NCBI GenBank assembly: GCA_951406725.2
Contig: OX597824.1
Location: forward strand, 58,094,001 to 58,158,000
Direction: 5' to 3'
Origin: Octopus vulgaris
Lineage: Eukaryota
DNA: 64,000 bases
Below the pieces are notes generated by a model. The model did no database searches. It saw only the letters and a program-made list of their open reading frames with translations, and was not told the origin of the DNA. Below, piece after piece: positions 13,765 through 26,360 of the stretch. Within the stretch, counting starts at the first letter, position 1. The number at the start of each line of letters is the position of its first letter. The position numbers and the translations under genes are program-made.

Positions 13765-13892
13765 ATATATATATATATATATATATAATAACAATTTAAC
13801 AAATAAAACATATGCATACAATACATACATATATGTACATACCTACATCTATATGTATATATATACATGCATATATATATGTATATATATAT

Positions 13893-14053
13893 GAGTACAG
13901 GGCATCACAAATAAACGTTGAACACAACGCGAAACGAAAACATAAAAACAAACAAGGAAACGGACTTTTTTTAGCAACTAAAAAACAGAGTACAGGACAA
14001 ACAATACAAGGAATATTCCCCTTCATCAGCTGCCCCTGGTTCGACTCAATGCG
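13893..14053 (-). mobile_element. Short repeat family D (GTACAGG... CCCTTCATCAG), TA-embedded
   Basis: Similar to 52898-53006 (opposite strand), 62872-62997 and 63500-63624. Confidence 0.55.
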
Positions 14054-14356
14054 TATATATATATATATGCAATCAATTTCAAATAAACAATCAGTAAACG
14101 CGTAAAATTAATGGACGACAAGAGGACGTGCACAAGAAATGCATCAGCTTGAATGCTCAGTGACAAGGGAGAGTTTATAAACAACAGGCTTTTTTCCTGT
14201 TTTCGCTTACCAAAACCTCTTACAAGGCTTAGGTCGGCCCCGTGCTATAGCTTACTATAGACACTTGCTCGAGGTGTCACGCAGTGAGACTGAAACCGGA
14301 ACCAAATGGTTTGAAAACAAACGTTTTACTAGACAGCCATACACATACACACGCAT

Positions 14357-14400
<44 letters not shown>

Positions 14401-14529
14401 ATACACATACACATACAAAAAGAGAGAGAAAGAGCGATAGGGAAGGAGAGAGAGAAAGAGAGAAACACCACAATATGATAGCTGATTACTTAACTTGCTA
14501 ACCAGAGTTAGTTATTTAGATAGATAGAC

Positions 14530-14574
<45 letters not shown>

Positions 14575-14589
14575 TACAGACAGACAGAC

Positions 14590-14645
<56 letters not shown>

Positions 14646-14647
<2 letters not shown>

Positions 14648-14832
14648 GTTTCTTTATTGGCCACACAGGGCTGCACACAGATGGGACACGTTACAAGGTA
14701 GAGCTTTTCTTTTGGGGGGATGAAAAAAACAAAAAACAAAGGAAAGAAAAGGGGGTGGCGTAGGTTTTCGATCAACAGGGATCGTAAAAGGGAAGAAAAG
14801 AACAAAAAAAAAAAAATAAATAAATAAATAAA
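14646..14832 (-). mobile_element. 3' end of a non-LTR retroelement embedded in (GATA)n
   Basis: Minus strand ends ...TGTCCCATCTGTGTGCAGCCCTGTGTGGCCAATAAAGAAACTT then (ATCT)n; GATA tracts on both sides. Confidence 0.6.
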
Positions 14833-14849
14833 GATAGTAAGGTAGATAA

Positions 14850-14923
<74 letters not shown>

Positions 14924-15362
14924 GTTTACTCAGAGAGATACAGAGATTGGACATGAGCAGTAAATAATAGCTGACAGAAAATAGAGAGGAATTGTGATTA
15001 TTACGAGAGAGGAGAGGAGAGATAAAGGGGGTGACAGCGACAGATATGTATATATCAGAGAGAGGAGGAGAGAGAGAGAGAGAGAGAGGGGGGAGGAGGG
15101 GGAGAATAAGTGATAAAGAGTGACAGAGAAACAGAGACAGAGTTTCTGCCTTTGCATGTGTGAAAGGGACTGAATATGAGAAGGGAAAGGGAGAAAAAAT
15201 AATGTAGGAAGCTGATTGGTCAATAAGATTTATAAGGTGGAGCTAAGCAGGTGGGCGGTCTCTATGTGACGTCTATCTCTGCTATTAATGCAGTTGTTAA
15301 TATAGGGACGCCGTTGATGGTGATTATAATTATCATCATCATCATCAACAGCATTATTATTA

Positions 15363-15432
<70 letters not shown>

Positions 15433-15558
15433 GGTAGCAACAGCAGCAGTTGTAGCGGCAGCAACATAAACATGCACAGCCTTGCTGCATGCTACCCAAA
15501 CTGCTAAATGTACAACGACTACATGCTCTCTACCCACCTCGACCTGCTAATAATAATA

Positions 15559-15605
<47 letters not shown>

Positions 15606-15679
15606 GATAAATTAACTAATTATTGTTATTATTGTAACAAGGACGATGATTTCTTTAATAAATAATGATAATCTGTCGG

Positions 15680-15990
15680 AGATCTTAGGTAGATGTTTAA
15701 CATTTCCAGACTGGTCGTCATTCATAGAAGGCCGGATTTCTTCAGGCATCCGGAGCATTTCCCAAGCAAATCTCAATAGGAAGATGGAGTGTATCCATCT
15801 CATAACACCTGCTGTGGCGTTTCCACCGAAGTTTGAGTTTTGCCTGAACACTTGGACAAACCGCAGCGGATCATTCACAGAGTTTTTTATTCGGTTAACG
15901 GATAGCAGTACTTGTTCCGAGTAATTGGAAATACGGAGCAGAAAATTGTGGTTTGTACACTTAGGATAAGACAAGGCTTCGGGTACAGAA
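15680..15990 (-). pseudogene. Old RTE-like LINE fragment (RT C-terminal region)
   Basis: Across frames NFLLRI...NRIKNSV and SVQAKLKLRWKRH...MDTLHLP.EI..G resemble the RTE LRRIL..../QLRWAGHV.RM...RLPK motifs. Confidence 0.5.
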
Positions 15991-16044
15991 ATGTTCTAGG
16001 GACTGATTTGGATTAATGAATTAGTTCAGGCCGGCAATTTCAGC

Positions 16045-16198
16045 CTCCAGACTCCAACGCTGAACGGCACTTATTTTATCGATCACGATAAAATGAATAG
16101 CTAAGTCAAATCCGGCAGAATTTGAACTTAACGTAAAAACAGACGAAATACCGCTTAAGCATTTTGCCCGGCGTGCTAAGATTCTGCCAGCTCGCTGC
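16045..16198 (-). mobile_element. SINE family B fragment
   Basis: Reverse complement of GCGAGCTGGCAGAATC...GTTCAAATTC...GATAAAATAAGT. Confidence 0.75.
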
Positions 16199-16705
16199 AT
16201 TGGGTGTAACATATAACATTTTATGGGTTTTTTACTAAATGAGGAATTAGAGTAGGATTTGTTAGTTTTAGTAACGATTGAGTACCATCAGAAAGTAGCG
16301 GATTACAGATGGAGCAACTTAATTAAAAAAGGCGTCCCTTTAGGCGTTCCTTATAGCTCAATAGTCCCAGTAATACACTGACACTTCGATCAAAAAATAA
16401 ATTGAGAAAATACCGCAAAGATGGTACCATTGTACTAAAGATGGTAGTTGTAAGAAATTGTACCACAAAGTTGTACAGTCCCCGAAAACATGTCCCTGCG
16501 AGGCACGGAGCACATCGCATACGAGAGATTTTCAATTCAATGAATACAGGATAGCATGTCCCCCACCACGCTTCAACCAAAGCACTACCTACACAACCAT
16601 AATCTAATAAAACAATGTAACCCACACAGTACAAGGATATTCTAATATAATCGATACCTTCATTATTGCAATACCAATAACTCGAACATTTCAAATCTGA
16701 CACAA

Positions 16706-16745
<40 letters not shown>

Positions 16746-18290
16746 TTACACACAATTTAATGAAACAAGAGTTAACGCTCCTGTATATAAAATGATGTCT
16801 CTCGTTGTCTCCCCACCATCGCTTAAACAACCAATGGTGGCGTGTTTATATCCCCTTAACAGAGCGATTCGGCAAAGTACCCGATGAAATAAATACTAGG
16901 CTTACAAAGAGTAAGCCTTGGCGTCGATTTCTTCGACTGAAACCCTTTAAGACAGTACTGCAGTATGACCGCAGTCAAATGATTGAAACGTGTAAAAGTA
17001 TAAAAGAATAATAACCTGATTATATTTCTACAAAAGACAAGATATTTAAACGTGCTTTATATAATTCCTAATAATGTATTATTAATCTAACCGAGGTTTT
17101 TGTAAACCTCGAATGGTTCAATCAATTTTCTGCCACGAACTCTTACTCATCAGGCTGCGAACATAACGCTCACAGTAGCATTACTCTACTTCCTACCTGC
17201 AACCACCATCATACCAGTGGGATGGTAATGTGAGGAGGGTAATGGGGAATGAAGAGGCATAAAATAACGAAAAACGATTTAAAATGGCGCGTTTCCTCAA
17301 AACTACAAAAAAAAAAAGGGAGCAAATTCAACACGCACATCTCACGACCTACATCCTACAGCCCACAATTCATAGACCATATCCCACACAGCACATCCCA
17401 CAATCACGCATCCCAGCGCTCACAAGCTCCATACCAATACTACGTGAACATAAGCATCCCGATATTTGTGATTACAATGTGTAGCAATTACCATTGGACT
17501 GAATTCTACGGATGATAAATGTCACGTGATGTCTTGATATCACTGAGTCATTGATTGGTTACTTAAATATATACACATGTGTGTGAGTATATTACCTAAG
17601 TTTTATACACACACACACGCACACACATACATATGTATATGTATATATACATGTGTGTTTATATATATATATCTAAAATACCTTAATAAAAAATGTGAAA
17701 ACCAGACCATGTTTTAACCTTTATTCAACTGGTATATTATTCTATATACATTTACACAAATTCTGAAAATATAGACATACACGCACAGTCTCACACACAC
17801 GCGCGCGCGCACACACATGTATACATTTCAATGTACGTAGACACAAACTCGCACAATGTGCATATGTAAATGTACACAACCATATATGCATATAATGCAA
17901 TTTTGCATATAATGTGTATGTATATATTTATGTATTATATATAAATCTGATCAACTGGAAATCCCTAAAATCTGCTGCCCCAGTCTGGCCTCATTGCAAT
18001 GATTACAAGCAATGAAAGTGAATACATTTTCAAAATCAAACATGCGGTCACAACGTAAAAAGTATTAAGAAATATCTGTTTCAGATCGCATTGTATAGTG
18101 TTAGACAATTACTTGGACAATGTTCTGCTAGCTATGTTGTACAACTGGTCATGGTTTGAAATCTTTGATGTTAAAGATCTTAAATCTGCGATTAAATTGA
18201 AATTAAGATTAACCTGAAATAATGGATAAAAATGGAGTATCTCTCTCTCTCTCACTCCCTTTCTCTCTTTCTTCCTCTCTGTCTCTCTGT

Positions 18291-18356
<66 letters not shown>

Positions 18357-18423
18357 GTCTGTCTGTCTGTCTGTCTACATGTATATACAATATATAGATA
18401 TGTACTTGTTGTGTGCTTATATG

Positions 18424-18653
18424 TATTTCTTTACTGCCCTCAAGGGGCTAAACATAGAGGGGACAAACAAGGGCAGACAAAGGGATTAAGTCGATTACAT
18501 CGACCCTGTGCGAAACTGGTACTTTATTTATCGACCCCGAGAGGATGAATGGCAAAATCGACCTCGGCGGAATTTGAACTCAGAACGTAACGGCAGACGA
18601 AATACGGCTACGCATTTCGCCCGGCGTGCTGACGATTCTGCCAGCTCGCCGCC
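18424..18653 (-). mobile_element. SINE family B, full-length copy with probable target-site duplication
   Basis: Head GGCGGCGAGCTGGCAGAATCG, B-box-like GAGTTCAAATTCC, central CATCCTCTCGGGGTCGATAAATAAAGTACC, tail ending GTAAAGAAATA; flanks TGTGTGCTTATAT / TGTGTGCCTATAT. Confidence 0.85.
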
Positions 18654-18699
18654 TTATGTGTGCCTATATATGAACGTTTACCTACATAATACGCACATA

Positions 18700-18765
18700 T
18701 TGGCGTGGTTGTGTGGTAAGTAGCTTACTAACCAGCCACGTGCCTCCAGGTTCAGTCCGACAAAA

Positions 18766-18803
<38 letters not shown>

Positions 18804-19025
18804 GTGTGCGCGTGTGCGAGCGCGTCTTTGTGTCCCCTCCCTCACCGCTTGACAGTCGGTGTTGATGAGTTTAAGTCCCCTTAACATAGCAGTTCGGTAA
18901 AAGGAATCGATAGAATAATACCAGGCTTTAAAAAATGCACTGAGGTCGAATCATTCGACTAAAATTCTTCGAGGCAATGCTCCAGCATGGCTGCAGTCTA
19001 ATGACGGAAACAAGTAAAAGATAAG
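18700..19025 (+). mobile_element. SINE family A, internally deleted
   Basis: Head, right body and tail present. Confidence 0.8.
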
Positions 19026-19389
19026 ATGTGTATATATATATATATATGCTTATGGAAATCTTCCGACCTTCTTTTTCTCTCTCTGTATATATGTGTGTGT
19101 GTCTGTGTCTGTGTGTGTCTGTGTATTTCTCTGTGTGTTTGAGCTTGCGTGTATGCTTATATGCATACATTCAAGATGTATCCTGATGTGCTCATACAAA
19201 CTTGTCTATAATGAAACGCGTTAGGGTGCACAATCGTATCCTATGATTTCACACGTAAAAAAATACGCACACATAGACACAGGTATGTGTGTTTGTAATA
19301 TTAATAAAATACATTAAACATTTATTAGAGCATATGTATGTATTATCGATTGGCAGTCTTTTGTTTATTATTTTCCTTTTCCATATATA

Positions 19390-19510
19390 TAGGCGCCATG
19401 CTGAATGTGCGGTAAGACGTTTGCTTCTCAACCACAAAGTTCTGCGTTCAGTCCCATTGCGTGACATCTTGTGAGTGGAGTTGGTTGACGGAAACTAAAA
19501 GAAGTCCGCC

Positions 19511-19584
<74 letters not shown>

Positions 19585-19787
19585 TGTCTGCGTGTGTGTG
19601 TCTGTGTGTTTCCGTGTTTGTCCTCACCGTCACCACTTGACAACCGGTGTTGGTGTCTTTTCGTCTCCATAACTTAGTGGTTCAACATAATAACCGATAG
19701 AATAAGTATCATTCGACTAAAAGAAGTTCAAAGCGATGCCCTAGCATAGGCGCAGCCTAATGACTGAAACAGTTAAAAGAGTAAAAG
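19390..19787 (+). mobile_element. SINE family A, diverged
   Basis: Head, body, microsatellite and tail. Confidence 0.8.
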
Positions 19788-19862
19788 GTATACCATATAT
19801 ATATATATATACACATATATTTATACATTTATATATATTATATATATATGTGTGAGTGTGTA

Positions 19863-19902
<40 letters not shown>

Positions 19903-19926
19903 CCACTCCTGTGCCTAAAAGTGGAA

Positions 19927-20042
19927 TGCTTACAGCACCTAGGTTTCCCAAGCGGTCACCCATCTAAGTACTCACTAGGCTCGATCTTGCTTAACTTCGG
20001 TGATCGGACGACAACCAGTGCTTTAAACGTGATATGGCCGTA
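19927..20042 (-). rRNA. Solitary 5S rRNA copy (probable pseudogene)
   Basis: Minus strand TACGGCCATATCACGTT...CGTCCGATCACCGAAGTTAAGC...AGTACTTAGATGGGTGACCGCTTGGGAAACCTAGGTGCTGTAAGC matches the animal 5S layout; TTTT terminator at 19917-19920; the first ~3 nt are missing. Confidence 0.9.
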
Positions 20043-20069
20043 TCTTACACATATATGTAGGCATATATT

Positions 20070-20449
20070 TGTGTGTGTGCCTGAGTTTGTCCCCTACCAC
20101 CACCGCCACCATCGCTTGAGAACAGATGTTGGGGTGTTTGCGTTCTCGTAACTTAGCAGTTCGACAAAAATGACGGATAGAATAAGTACTAGGCTTACAA
20201 AGAATAAGTCCTGGGGTCGATTCCTTCGACTCCGACGTGGCCGCAGTCAGATGACTAAAACAAATAAAAGAATTATGCACTCATTCTCTCTATATATATG
20301 TGTGTGGTAAGTAGCTTGCTTACTAACCACATGGTTCCGGGGTCAGTCCCACTGCATGGCAACTTGGGCAAGTGTCTTCTACTATAGCCTCGGGCCGACC
20401 AAAGCCTTGTGAGTGGATTTGGTAGACGGAAATTGAAAGAGGCCCGTCG

Positions 20450-20496
<47 letters not shown>

Positions 20497-20499
20497 GTA

Positions 20500-20577
<78 letters not shown>

Positions 20578-20885
20578 TGCATCTGTTGCCCCATCATCGC
20601 TTGACAACCGATGTTTGTGTCTTTACATCCCCGTAACTTAGCGGTTCGGCCTAAGAGACCGATGACTAAAATAAAAGAATAAAAATATATCTTATAGGCG
20701 CAGGAGCGGCTGTGTGGTAAGTAGCTTGCTTACCAACCACATGGTACTGGGTTCAGTCCCACAGCGTGGCACCTTGGGCAAGTGTACTAGGATTACAAAA
20801 AAAAAAAAGTCCTGTGGTCGATTTGTTTAATTAAACACGGTGCTCCAGCATGGCCGCAGTCAGATGACTGAAAAGAATAAAAGAA
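20070..20885 (+). mobile_element. Cluster of three SINE family A copies/fragments (20070-20275, 20300-20685, 20696-20885)
   Basis: Repeated head/body/tail motifs in tandem. Confidence 0.85.
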
Positions 20886-20971
20886 TATATTATATACATA
20901 CTATACATATATATCTTACGTGCAAATGTATCTTTTATAAATATACATACATTTATATATATATATATATA

Positions 20972-21142
20972 TTAGGAAGTTAAATGTTATGGCATGTCGT
21001 AGAATGACCATTGGTTTCGCATCTATAAAGCGCTTAGCAGTATGGTCGACTCGAGTCTGACGAGTCGCCTATACTGCTAAGCGCTTTATAGGTGCGAAAC
21101 CAATGGTCACTCTATGATCAGTCATATCATTTAATTTCCTAA
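20972..21142. repeat. Foldback inverted repeat (~82 bp arms, 7 nt spacer AGTCTGA)
   Basis: 20972-21053 is the reverse complement of 21061-21142 with few mismatches. Confidence 0.92.
21053..21112 (+). ncRNA. Canonical type I hammerhead ribozyme
   Basis: Stem I GAGU/ACUC; core CUGACGA(21057-63); stem II G(U)CGCCUAUA/UAUAGGUGC closing with G-C; GAAA(21096-99); stem III ACC-AAU-GGU; GUC triplet ending at 21108. Confidence 0.85.
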
Positions 21143-21635
21143 AAATATATTCCTGCTCTAATGCTTTAGAGATTGCTTCTTTTTTGGGAACTACTGGCGT
21201 TTGACAAATATATATTCCTTCAATTTCTGTCCACCAAATCCATCCACAAGGCTTTGGTCGACCTGAAATATATTTGAAGACCTTTGACTAAGGGGCCAAT
21301 AAATGTAGCCGAATCGAAAACCATATGGCTGAGAAACAAACATCTTCCTAAACATCTATGCTTACGCTTATACACTTATACACACGCTCATATGGATCTG
21401 CTCCCGCAGTTACTTATAGTCTGAGGATAATCTTAAGGGAGACGCAATATCACATTTAGGTATACACCATTTGGGACAAACTACAGCCAAATGACAAAGG
21501 GAATTAATACGATAAACAACCACACACATACATACACACCACACACACTGTATCTCTCCTTTTCATTCACTCTCTCTCTCTCTCTCTCTGTTTTTTTTTT
21601 CGGCTGACACGATTAATTCATTAATTTATTTTATT

Positions 21636-21689
<54 letters not shown>

Positions 21690-21930
21690 AATGCATGTAT
21701 GTATGTATGTATGTATGTATGTATGTATGTATGTATGTATGTATGTATGTATGTCTGGCTGGTTGGCCCATTCCTTCTGTTTATTGAGTGTGTGTGTCTT
21801 AGAAAGAGAAAGGTAATGATTACGTTGACTGTTATAACTCTCTCTCCCTTTCTCACCCGCCCTCACACACACTCTCTCTCTCGCTCTTTCTCTCTCTCTC
21901 TGTAAAGGCGTGTATGTATGTATATATATA

Positions 21931-21969
<39 letters not shown>

Positions 21970-22408
21970 GTGTGTGTGTATGTATGTAATTTTGCTTGTC
22001 TCAGTCACGTGATTGCGGCCATGCTGGACCAAGTTTACGATCGTTTGTTATCGATCATTTCTTCATCTATAGATATTTTAATCTTCTCTGTACATCGCAC
22101 CGCTATATTTCGGCAGATAAGCCTAACCGAAAGTCCCACATTGGACATAAAAAAAAGAGAGATACACACACTCACACAGACACACCCACACACAGCTGCA
22201 CACGTACATACATATACACTCACATATAAACATGCATAGCACTAATCTTAATCAACCACTATCCAATAGACTAGTGACCAACCCCTAAACACACCTATTA
22301 AAACAGAAGAATACGAAACAGGAGCAAAACAAATGCACAACATTTTGGAGCAAAGAAATGCTAAAGAATAAAACAATTTGTTGGGGGGTGACGAGGAAAT
22401 ATTAAACC

Positions 22409-22439
<31 letters not shown>

Positions 22440-22630
22440 TTGGTGGTAATGATGATGGTAGTGGTTTTCTAAGTTTGGTCGTTGGTGATGTTGCTGGTGT
22501 TAAACGGAACCGTTACCTGCTACGATTTGGTCAGGTACTAAAAGCAGCCATCATCATCATCTTCAAGTAATATATTTGTGTGTGCGCGTGCATGCATGTA
22601 TGTGTGTGTGTATGTGTATGTGAGGAGTGT

Positions 22631-22675
<45 letters not shown>

Positions 22676-22765
22676 GTTCTGTGTGTGTCTGTGTGGAACA
22701 AGCAGGAGAAATAAAAGTGAATACTTGGGTATATAATAAATTCATATTTGCTTTTTAATCGGCAG

Positions 22766-22846
22766 AAATTTGAAGCAGTGACTAGTGACTATTATTCCAC
22801 GAGACGTTTGGTCCGTAAATCACTTCGCAACGTTCTTACGATGAAA
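22766..22846 (+). CDS. Candidate 81 nt phase 0-0 exon (KFEAVTSDYYSTRRLVRKSLRNVLTMK)
   Basis: Acceptor tttgctttttaatcggcag, donor AAA|gtatgt, open frame; no family recognised. Confidence 0.25.
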
Positions 22847-22865
22847 GTATGTGTAAATACACACA

Positions 22866-22904
<39 letters not shown>

Positions 22905-23577
22905 ACACACACACATACACACACACACACATACATATACACACACATACATACGTACCATACATACATGCATGTATGTATGGTAGGTATGTATGTATGA
23001 ATGTATGCAGGCATGTTTGTATGCATGCAAGCATGTATGCATACATGTATGTATTTATGTATGCGTGTGTGTGTATTTGTATGCGTGCGCGTATGTGTGT
23101 GTGTGTGTTTGCGTGTGTATGTGTGATTGTGTGTGTGTAGTCAAATGTGCCTTATTTCATTACTGGTAGTTTCAACCTGCAATTACTGCAATCTAGTTTT
23201 GTATATTATAACATATTCCCGCCCCCACCTCACACTCCACACATGCTTACAATATTAATAACATATCAATTATATATATTATATATTATATATATATATA
23301 TATTTACACACACATACACGCGCGCGCATACACACACACATATATACGATGAGCTTCTTATATATGTTAAATATATTCTTAAGGATATACATTTGATGTA
23401 TTATGTATACATATATTCTATAATGCATTTGCCTTAATTAGATACATGGCAGAATGGTAAGAATTTTGTTTCCTAAGCATATACTGAGACATCAGAGTCT
23501 CCTCCTAAATAAAACCCTTGGCGACCAAACCCTTGTAAATGAAATTAGGAGATGGAAACTGAATGAAGCTAAGGGTA

Positions 23578-23720
23578 CGTGGTAAGTAACTTCCTAACCA
23601 CATGATTCCGGATTCAGTCCCACTGCGTGGCACCTTGGACGAGTGTATTCTACTATAGCTTCGGGCCGACCAAAGCCTTGTGAGTGTATTCGTTTGATGA
23701 AAACTGAAAGAAGCCCGTCG

Positions 23721-23764
<44 letters not shown>

Positions 23765-23940
23765 CGTGTGTATTTGCCGACCTCCATCACCACTTGAGAC
23801 CCGGCAAAAGAAACCGATAGAATAAGAACTAGGCTTTAAAAAAGTCCTGGGTTCGATTTGTTCGACTAAAACAACATCAAGGCGGTGCTCCAGCATGGCC
23901 GCAGTTAAATGACTGAAACAAGTTAAACGATAAAATAATA
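23578..23940 (+). mobile_element. SINE family A
   Basis: Body, microsatellite and tail motifs. Confidence 0.82.
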
Positions 23941-23964
23941 AACAATATATATATATATATATAT

Positions 23965-24048
<84 letters not shown>

Positions 24049-24281
24049 ATAGATAGATGGATAGATATGTGTGTGTGTCCTTGTGCTTTACCGAAAGTAT
24101 AAGTACTCGGCTGGAAAAAATGTTAGTAATGGGGTGGATTCGTTCGGCTATATACTTCAAGGTTGTGCCCCAGCATGGCTGTAGCCAAATTACTGAAACA
24201 AGTAAAAGATAAAAGATAAATTAATATGTTTTATATATATATATACATATATATATACACACACAGACACATCCTAAGGCA

Positions 24282-24441
24282 CCAAAGATTTAAAGTGTGG
24301 CGCCTTTCATTATGTCCAGTGCATATTTAATATATAATATATAACAGATTATGTATGTATCATATATACAATAAATATACATGTATTATATATTAGATAT
24401 GAATTGTACATAATGAAGAGCGCCCCACATTAAATCTTTGG
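24282..24441. repeat. Imperfect inverted repeat, MITE-like
   Basis: CCAAAGATTTAA..GTG.GGCGC..TTCATTATGT... pairs with ...ACATAATGAA..GCGCCCCAC.TTAAATCTTTGG. Confidence 0.7.
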
Positions 24442-24466
24442 ACTTGTTGACTTGTTGAGATTGTCC

Positions 24467-24554
<88 letters not shown>

Positions 24555-24678
24555 ATAAAATCGTTAATTTAAAAATAAAGTAACGATTTTATCAAATGGT
24601 CAGCATGGAAAAAAGTTACCTTCAAAGGTAATAATTATTAAAATTATAAATTAGGGGATCTACGAGATACTATGCTGA

Positions 24679-24783
<105 letters not shown>

Positions 24784-25095
24784 CATACATAAATACATAA
24801 ATACATACAAACATACATACACACATACATACATACATACATACATACATACATACATACATACATACATACATACATACATACAGACAGACATACGGTT
24901 ATTACTCTTATTATTATTTATTTGTAGGATCCATATGGATCACCATATCTTGATATTTTCTCTGAATCAAAGTTTAGTTTTAAGTTTCAGTTCACCCAAA
25001 GTAAATGGATTTTCATTATGTAATTGGGATTTATTCATCAATTAAAAATTCACGTCTGAAACAGCTGTAATGAACCTGAACCCTTTTGTGTTTTT

Positions 25096-25240
<145 letters not shown>

Positions 25241-25579
25241 AGCGGTGGTGTATGTACTTATATATATATATGTATATTACCCACGTGAATTCCTACAAGA
25301 ACAAAACGATAATTTGTAGGAAGTTAAGAATTTGAAAATCTAAAATGGTTTCGCTTTGTTTGGAGAGAGAGAGGGGGGGAATTAAATGAAGAAATAAAGA
25401 AAGAGAAGAAAAAAGTTAGAGAGGAAAGAAGACTGAAAAGACAACAAAATAGACCGAATTAGTAAAGTAATACATGAGTGACATCTGTTGGTGAATATTT
25501 TGTGTTTGTGTATGAGAGAGAGAGAAGAGGGAGAAAGTAAGAGTGAGGTATAGAAAGATCAAACAAAATATTCACCAAC

Positions 25580-25620
<41 letters not shown>

Positions 25621-25929
25621 CACACACACACATACACATTTATTTATCTGTTAATTAGTATAAAAATTAAACCTTGATCTTAGCTATGTAAAGAGGGAGG
25701 GACAGAGAGAGAGAGAGAGAGAGAGAGGCATTCAAAGGGACAGCTGGACAGATAGGCAACCTAGCATACATACAGACAGACATAGACACAGACAGACAGA
25801 CAGACAGACATAGACACAGACAGACAAACAGACAAATAGACAGACAGATAGATACTAAAAATATTAGATGAAAACAGTGAAACATTGTCCACTAAGTGAA
25901 TGACATCGATTGGTGAATGTTTTACATGG

Positions 25930-26061
25930 GAGAGAGACGGTGTGAGTGAGGTAGACAGAGAGAGATAGATGTATAGAGAGAGAGAAAGCGAGAGAAAGAG
26001 AGAGGCGGAGATGGAGTCAGAGAGAAAGCTATAAAAGCAAGGAGAGAGCGAGCGAGCGAGC

Positions 26062-26092
<31 letters not shown>

Positions 26093-26112
26093 GTTAGGCC
26101 TCCTAACATCAG

Positions 26113-26157
<45 letters not shown>

Positions 26158-26360
26158 GAAGCACTGTTACCACCATTATTACTACAGTCGTTATTAGCAT
26201 CAACAAGAGCAGCAGCAGCAGCCGCGGCCGCAGCAACGGCAGCAACAACAACAACAACATCAGCAGCAAGCTGTAAGGACAGCAAACAACCGGAACCCGA
26301 AAGAACAAGTGGAAACAGCCGAAGTAGGAATGAAATAGCAGAAAGGAATAAATCATAGAT
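25930..26360 (+). promoter_or_regulatory. Possible promoter / 5' UTR-like region
   Basis: GA-rich tract followed by a non-TE segment with (CTA)n, (CAG/CAA)n and a CpG-rich GCCGCGGCCGC; compositional inference only. Confidence 0.25.

Noticed and set aside
15612-15974. Overlapping 120 aa (-) and 92 aa (+) ORFs as host exons
   Set aside because: Better explained as a frameshifted RTE-like LINE relic; motif similarity is split across frames.
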